64,000 nucleotides of DNA from Myxococcota bacterium (lineage in GTDB: Bacteria; Myxococcota; B64-G9): contig JAKLGA010000009.1 of NCBI GenBank assembly GCA_022710975.1, forward strand, positions 117,547-181,546, in the 5' to 3' direction. Within the stretch, counting starts at the first letter, position 1; each line of letters begins with the position of its first letter. Positions 61,175-64,000 of this stretch are shown here, piece after piece. The notes below the pieces were generated by a model. That model had not been told where the DNA came from and did no database searches. It saw nothing but the letters and a program-made list of their open reading frames with translations. The position numbers and the translations under genes were made by a program.

Positions 61175-64000
61175 ATGCACACGGGTTCCCAGGGCAAGGG
61201 CTTCTTCCGGGGTTCCAGGGGCGCGCTCCGCGGCGCCCTCCTGCTCGCGCTGGCGGGCACGCTGGCGCTGCCGCTGCTGGCCGCGAACTGCGGAGAGCCG
61301 GTGCGCTCGCAACCGCTCCAGGCCCGCCTCGAGCTGGCCGCGGGCGAGGTGAGCGTGGAGCAGGGCGGGCAGACCGCGCTGGCCCAGTCCGGGCACGCGC
61401 TGCTGGCCGACGCGGGGGTGCGCACCGGCCAGGGGGCGCGCGCGCTGGTGCGGCTCTCCAACGGCGCGGCCATCTTCCTGCGGGGCGACACCCGGCTGCG
61501 GCTGGCCGCCGGCGCGGTCAGCCTGGAGGCGGGCGAGGTGTGGGTGGACGCCCCGGAGTCGGAGCGCGACGCCCCGGTGCAGAAGGTCGGCGAGGTGACC
61601 GTGTACGGCGTGGACGCCGGGCTCGACATCCGGCGCACCGACGCGGGCGGCGCGGTGGTGTACGTGGCCCGCGGGGTGGCCACCATCAGCGCCCCGGGCG
61701 GCCGGGTGGAGCTCAGGGCCGGCGAGCAGGCCGTGGTCGAGGGCGCGGCCGCGCCGGCGGTCACCCCGGTGGCCTTCTGGGACGACTGGACCGGCGGCAT
61801 GGCCGACAACCGCGTGGCGGGCGGGCTCAGCGGGGCCGGGGCCGGGCGCGTCTACGGCGTGGATCTGTCCGACCGCAGCGGCGCCCCGGCCAGGCCCCTG
61901 GAGATCAGCCGGCAGGCCATCCGGGCGGTGATCCGCGACGGGCTGGCCGAGACCGAGGTGGACCAGACCTTCTTCAACCCCGGCGAGCGGGCGGTCGAGG
62001 GCTGGTACTGGTTCGCCGTGCCCGAGGACGCGGTGGTGACCGGCTTCGCGGTCGAGACCGACGGCGTGCTGGTGGACGGCGAGTTCATCGAGCGCCGGGC
62101 GGCCTCGGCCGGCTACGACCGGGCCGTGGCCACCGGCCACGAGCCGGCCATCCTGGAGTGGGTGGACAGCCGCACCTTCCGCGCGCGCATCTTCCCCGTG
62201 CCCGCGGTCGGCACGCGCCGGGTGGTGCTGCGTTACTTGCAGATGCTGCCGGTGGTGGCCGGGACCTTCCGCTACCTCTACCCGCTGCAGAGCCCGGAGC
62301 CGGTGCGCATCGGCGAGTTCAGCCTGGGCGTGGACCTCGGCCCGGCCGGCAAGGACATGAGCCTGACCACGCTGGCCGACGCACTGGTCGAGGACGGCGG
62401 CAGCCGGGTGGTCATGCGCCGCTCGGGCTACGTGCCGCGGGCCGACTTCCTGCTCGAGGCGACCCTCGACCAGAGCCCCGAGGCGGCCCGCGCCTGGCGC
62501 TTCAGCCCCGGGGGCGAGGCGGCCGACTACGTGATGGTGCGCTACACGCCGGACTTCGAGTGGAAGCCGGGCGCCGCGGGCAAGGCCGCGGTGGTGGTGG
62601 TGGTGGACACCTCGGCCGGGGCCGACGAGGCCAGCCGCAGCCTGAAGGTCACGGCCGCGGAGTCGATCCTGCGGGCGCTGGCGGTGGACGATCGCTTCGC
62701 GCTGGTCGCCCTCGACGTGAGCCCGGTGGTGCTGCACCCCGCAGAGGGCCTGGCGGCCGCGACCGATCAGGAGATCGCCACGGCGCTGGAGCGGCTGTCC
62801 GAGCACGCGGCCGGCGGCGCGACCGATCTGGGCGCCATGTTCGACGTGACGCTGCCGCTCCTGCACGGGGCGGAGCAGCCCGCGGTGATCTACGTGGGCG
62901 ACGGCCAGGCCACCTCGGGCGAGACGGGCGGCGAGGCCCTGGTCGCGCGGCTGCGCCGGGCGCTGGCCACCTCGCGGGCGCGCCTGTTCACCGTCGGTGT
63001 GGGCCCGCAGGCCAGCCAGGCGCTGCTCGGCTCGCTGGCGGACCACGGCGGCGGCCAGGTGTTCCAGATCGACGAGCCCGAGGCGGCCAGCGAGCGCGCG
63101 CTGTCGCTGGTGGCGGCGCTGAAGACGCCCACGCTGACCGACTTCGAGATCGACCTCGGCGCGGCGCTGGACGAGGTGTTCGTCAGCGCCCAGGGCAAGG
63201 TGCGCCAGGGCGAGGAGGTGCGGGTGCTGGCCCGCACCCACCACCGGCTGCCCGGGAGCCTGAAGGTCAAGGGGCGGGTGAACGGCGAGGCGTTCAGCCG
63301 CGAGTACGGCATCCAGGAGGAGAGCGGCCCGCTCTCGAGCTTCGTGCCCAAGCTGTGGGCGGCCGACTACCTGCGCCGGGTGCTCGGCTCGGTGGCCGAC
63401 CCCGACGAGCAGCGCGGCCGGGTGCTGCAGCTCGGGGTGGAGTACGGGCTGCTGACTCCCTTCACCAGCATCCTGGCGCTGGAGAGCGAGGCCGCCTACC
63501 AGCAGCAGGGCATCCCGCGCCTGCGCTCGCCGCTGCGGGGGGTAAGGCTGTCCGCGCTCCTGGAGCGCGAGGACGGCCGCCTGGCCGCGCTCCAGCGCCT
63601 GTCGAACTCGGTGGGCTTCGGCTGCGCCCTGGAGAGCCCCCAGGAGTCGATGCCGGCCGCGCAGCTCGCGCCGGCGCCCGTGGAGCAGCAGAAGATGGCC
63701 GGCCACCGCGCGATGCGGGACTTCGCCGAGAGCGAGGCCCGCGCCCCGGCCCCCGCGCCGGCCGCGCCCTCGCTGGCGGCGGAGGGCTACGGCGGCGCGC
63801 CCGGCGGCGCGCTGGGCGGCCTGTCCGGCGGGGACGTGGCTCTGGCCAAGCCGGGGCCGGCCCCGGTCGCCAAGGCCGAGCCGGCCCGGGAGGAGGCCCG
63901 GGGCGGGGAGCTGGACGACGGCCGGGGGGGCATCGGCTCGCTCGGCCGGCCCCCGCGCGGGCGGCCGGCGCCCGAGCTGCTGACCTGCTCGGACGCGGCC
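61175..64000 (+). CDS. FecR-domain / VIT-domain / von Willebrand factor A (vWA) protein, 3'-truncated by window edge
   Basis: RBS GAGGGAGGG 6 nt before ATG 61175. Signal + lipobox-like LAANCGE. FecR-like N-terminus. VIT-like block. vWA MIDAS DTSAG...GGTD. Continues beyond 64000. The ORF track lists only antisense ORFs here. Confidence 0.7.
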   Translation, partial: MHTGSQGKGFFRGSRGALRGALLLALAGTLALPLLAANCGEPVRSQPLQARLELAAGEVSVEQGGQTALAQSGHALLADAGVRTGQGARALVRLSNGAAIFLRGDTRLRLAAGAVSLEAGEVWVDAPESERDAPVQKVGEVTVYGVDAGLDIRRTDAGGAVVYVARGVATISAPGGRVELRAGEQAVVEGAAAPAVTPVAFWDDWTGGMADNRVAGGLSGAGAGRVYGVDLSDRSGAPARPLEISRQAIRAVIRDGLAETEVDQTFFNPGERAVEGWYWFAVPEDAVVTGFAVETDGVLVDGEFIERRAASAGYDRAVATGHEPAILEWVDSRTFRARIFPVPAVGTRRVVLRYLQMLPVVAGTFRYLYPLQSPEPVRIGEFSLGVDLGPAGKDMSLTTLADALVEDGGSRVVMRRSGYVPRADFLLEATLDQSPEAARAWRFSPGGEAADYVMVRYTPDFEWKPGAAGKAAVVVVVDTSAGADEASRSLKVTAAESILRALAVDDRFALVALDVSPVVLHPAEGLAAATDQEIATALERLSEHAAGGATDLGAMFDVTLPLLHGAEQPAVIYVGDGQATSGETGGEALVARLRRALATSRARLFTVGVGPQASQALLGSLADHGGGQVFQIDEPEAASERALSLVAALKTPTLTDFEIDLGAALDEVFVSAQGKVRQGEEVRVLARTHHRLPGSLKVKGRVNGEAFSREYGIQEESGPLSSFVPKLWAADYLRRVLGSVADPDEQRGRVLQLGVEYGLLTPFTSILALESEAAYQQQGIPRLRSPLRGVRLSALLEREDGRLAALQRLSNSVGFGCALESPQESMPAAQLAPAPVEQQKMAGHRAMRDFAESEARAPAPAPAAPSLAAEGYGGAPGGALGGLSGGDVALAKPGPAPVAKAEPAREEARGGELDDGRGGIGSLGRPPRGRPAPELLTCSDAA

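Noticed and set aside
1-64000. CRISPR arrays, rRNA, tRNA, transposase or integrase genes
   Set aside because: None detected on reading. Repeats present are either intragenic protein-repeat DNA or the short island families described above.

Overview
This is a high-GC (~70%) chromosomal segment that looks like Myxococcota. The evidence is MYXO-CTERM-type tails, Myxococcus-style cysteine-rich repeats, PEGA domains, Hanks Ser/Thr kinases and a sigma-54 FHA activator. From 1 to ~48.7 kb it is dense, mostly well-supported coding sequence. It starts inside a truncated HdrA-like flavoprotein and continues with a six-gene plus-strand operon: a surface-anchored agmatine-deiminase/PAD-family enzyme, two tandem exported paralogs, a methyltransferase, an APH-family kinase and a secreted protein. 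Next come an aminotransferase plus omega-amidase pair, a Kef antiporter, a secreted S1 protease, a PlsC acyltransferase and a Ser/Thr kinase followed by a PEGA-TonB-dependent receptor fusion. After that there is a TonB receptor with two orphan periplasmic binding proteins, an M64 metallopeptidase with three 264-nt tandem repeats, a sigma-54 FHA activator divergent from a PEGA protein and a second kinase-PEGA, and a dockerin-like cysteine-rich lipoprotein. At 48.7-54.6 kb there is a recent segmental duplication of a cysteine-rich lipoprotein gene, including its leader, flanking an alpha/beta hydrolase. From 54.5 to 60.6 kb the GC drops sharply, to about 47% in places. This stretch is an accessory island of small lipoprotein and secreted-protein genes: an amber-interrupted lipoprotein, a heptad-repeat coiled-coil protein and an overlapping two-gene module. 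It is threaded with at least three families of short intergenic repeats that I cannot assign to a known element. This island and the PAD operon are the best candidates for something undescribed. The window ends inside a FecR-VIT-vWA gene. I saw no rRNA, tRNA, CRISPR, transposase or integrase.
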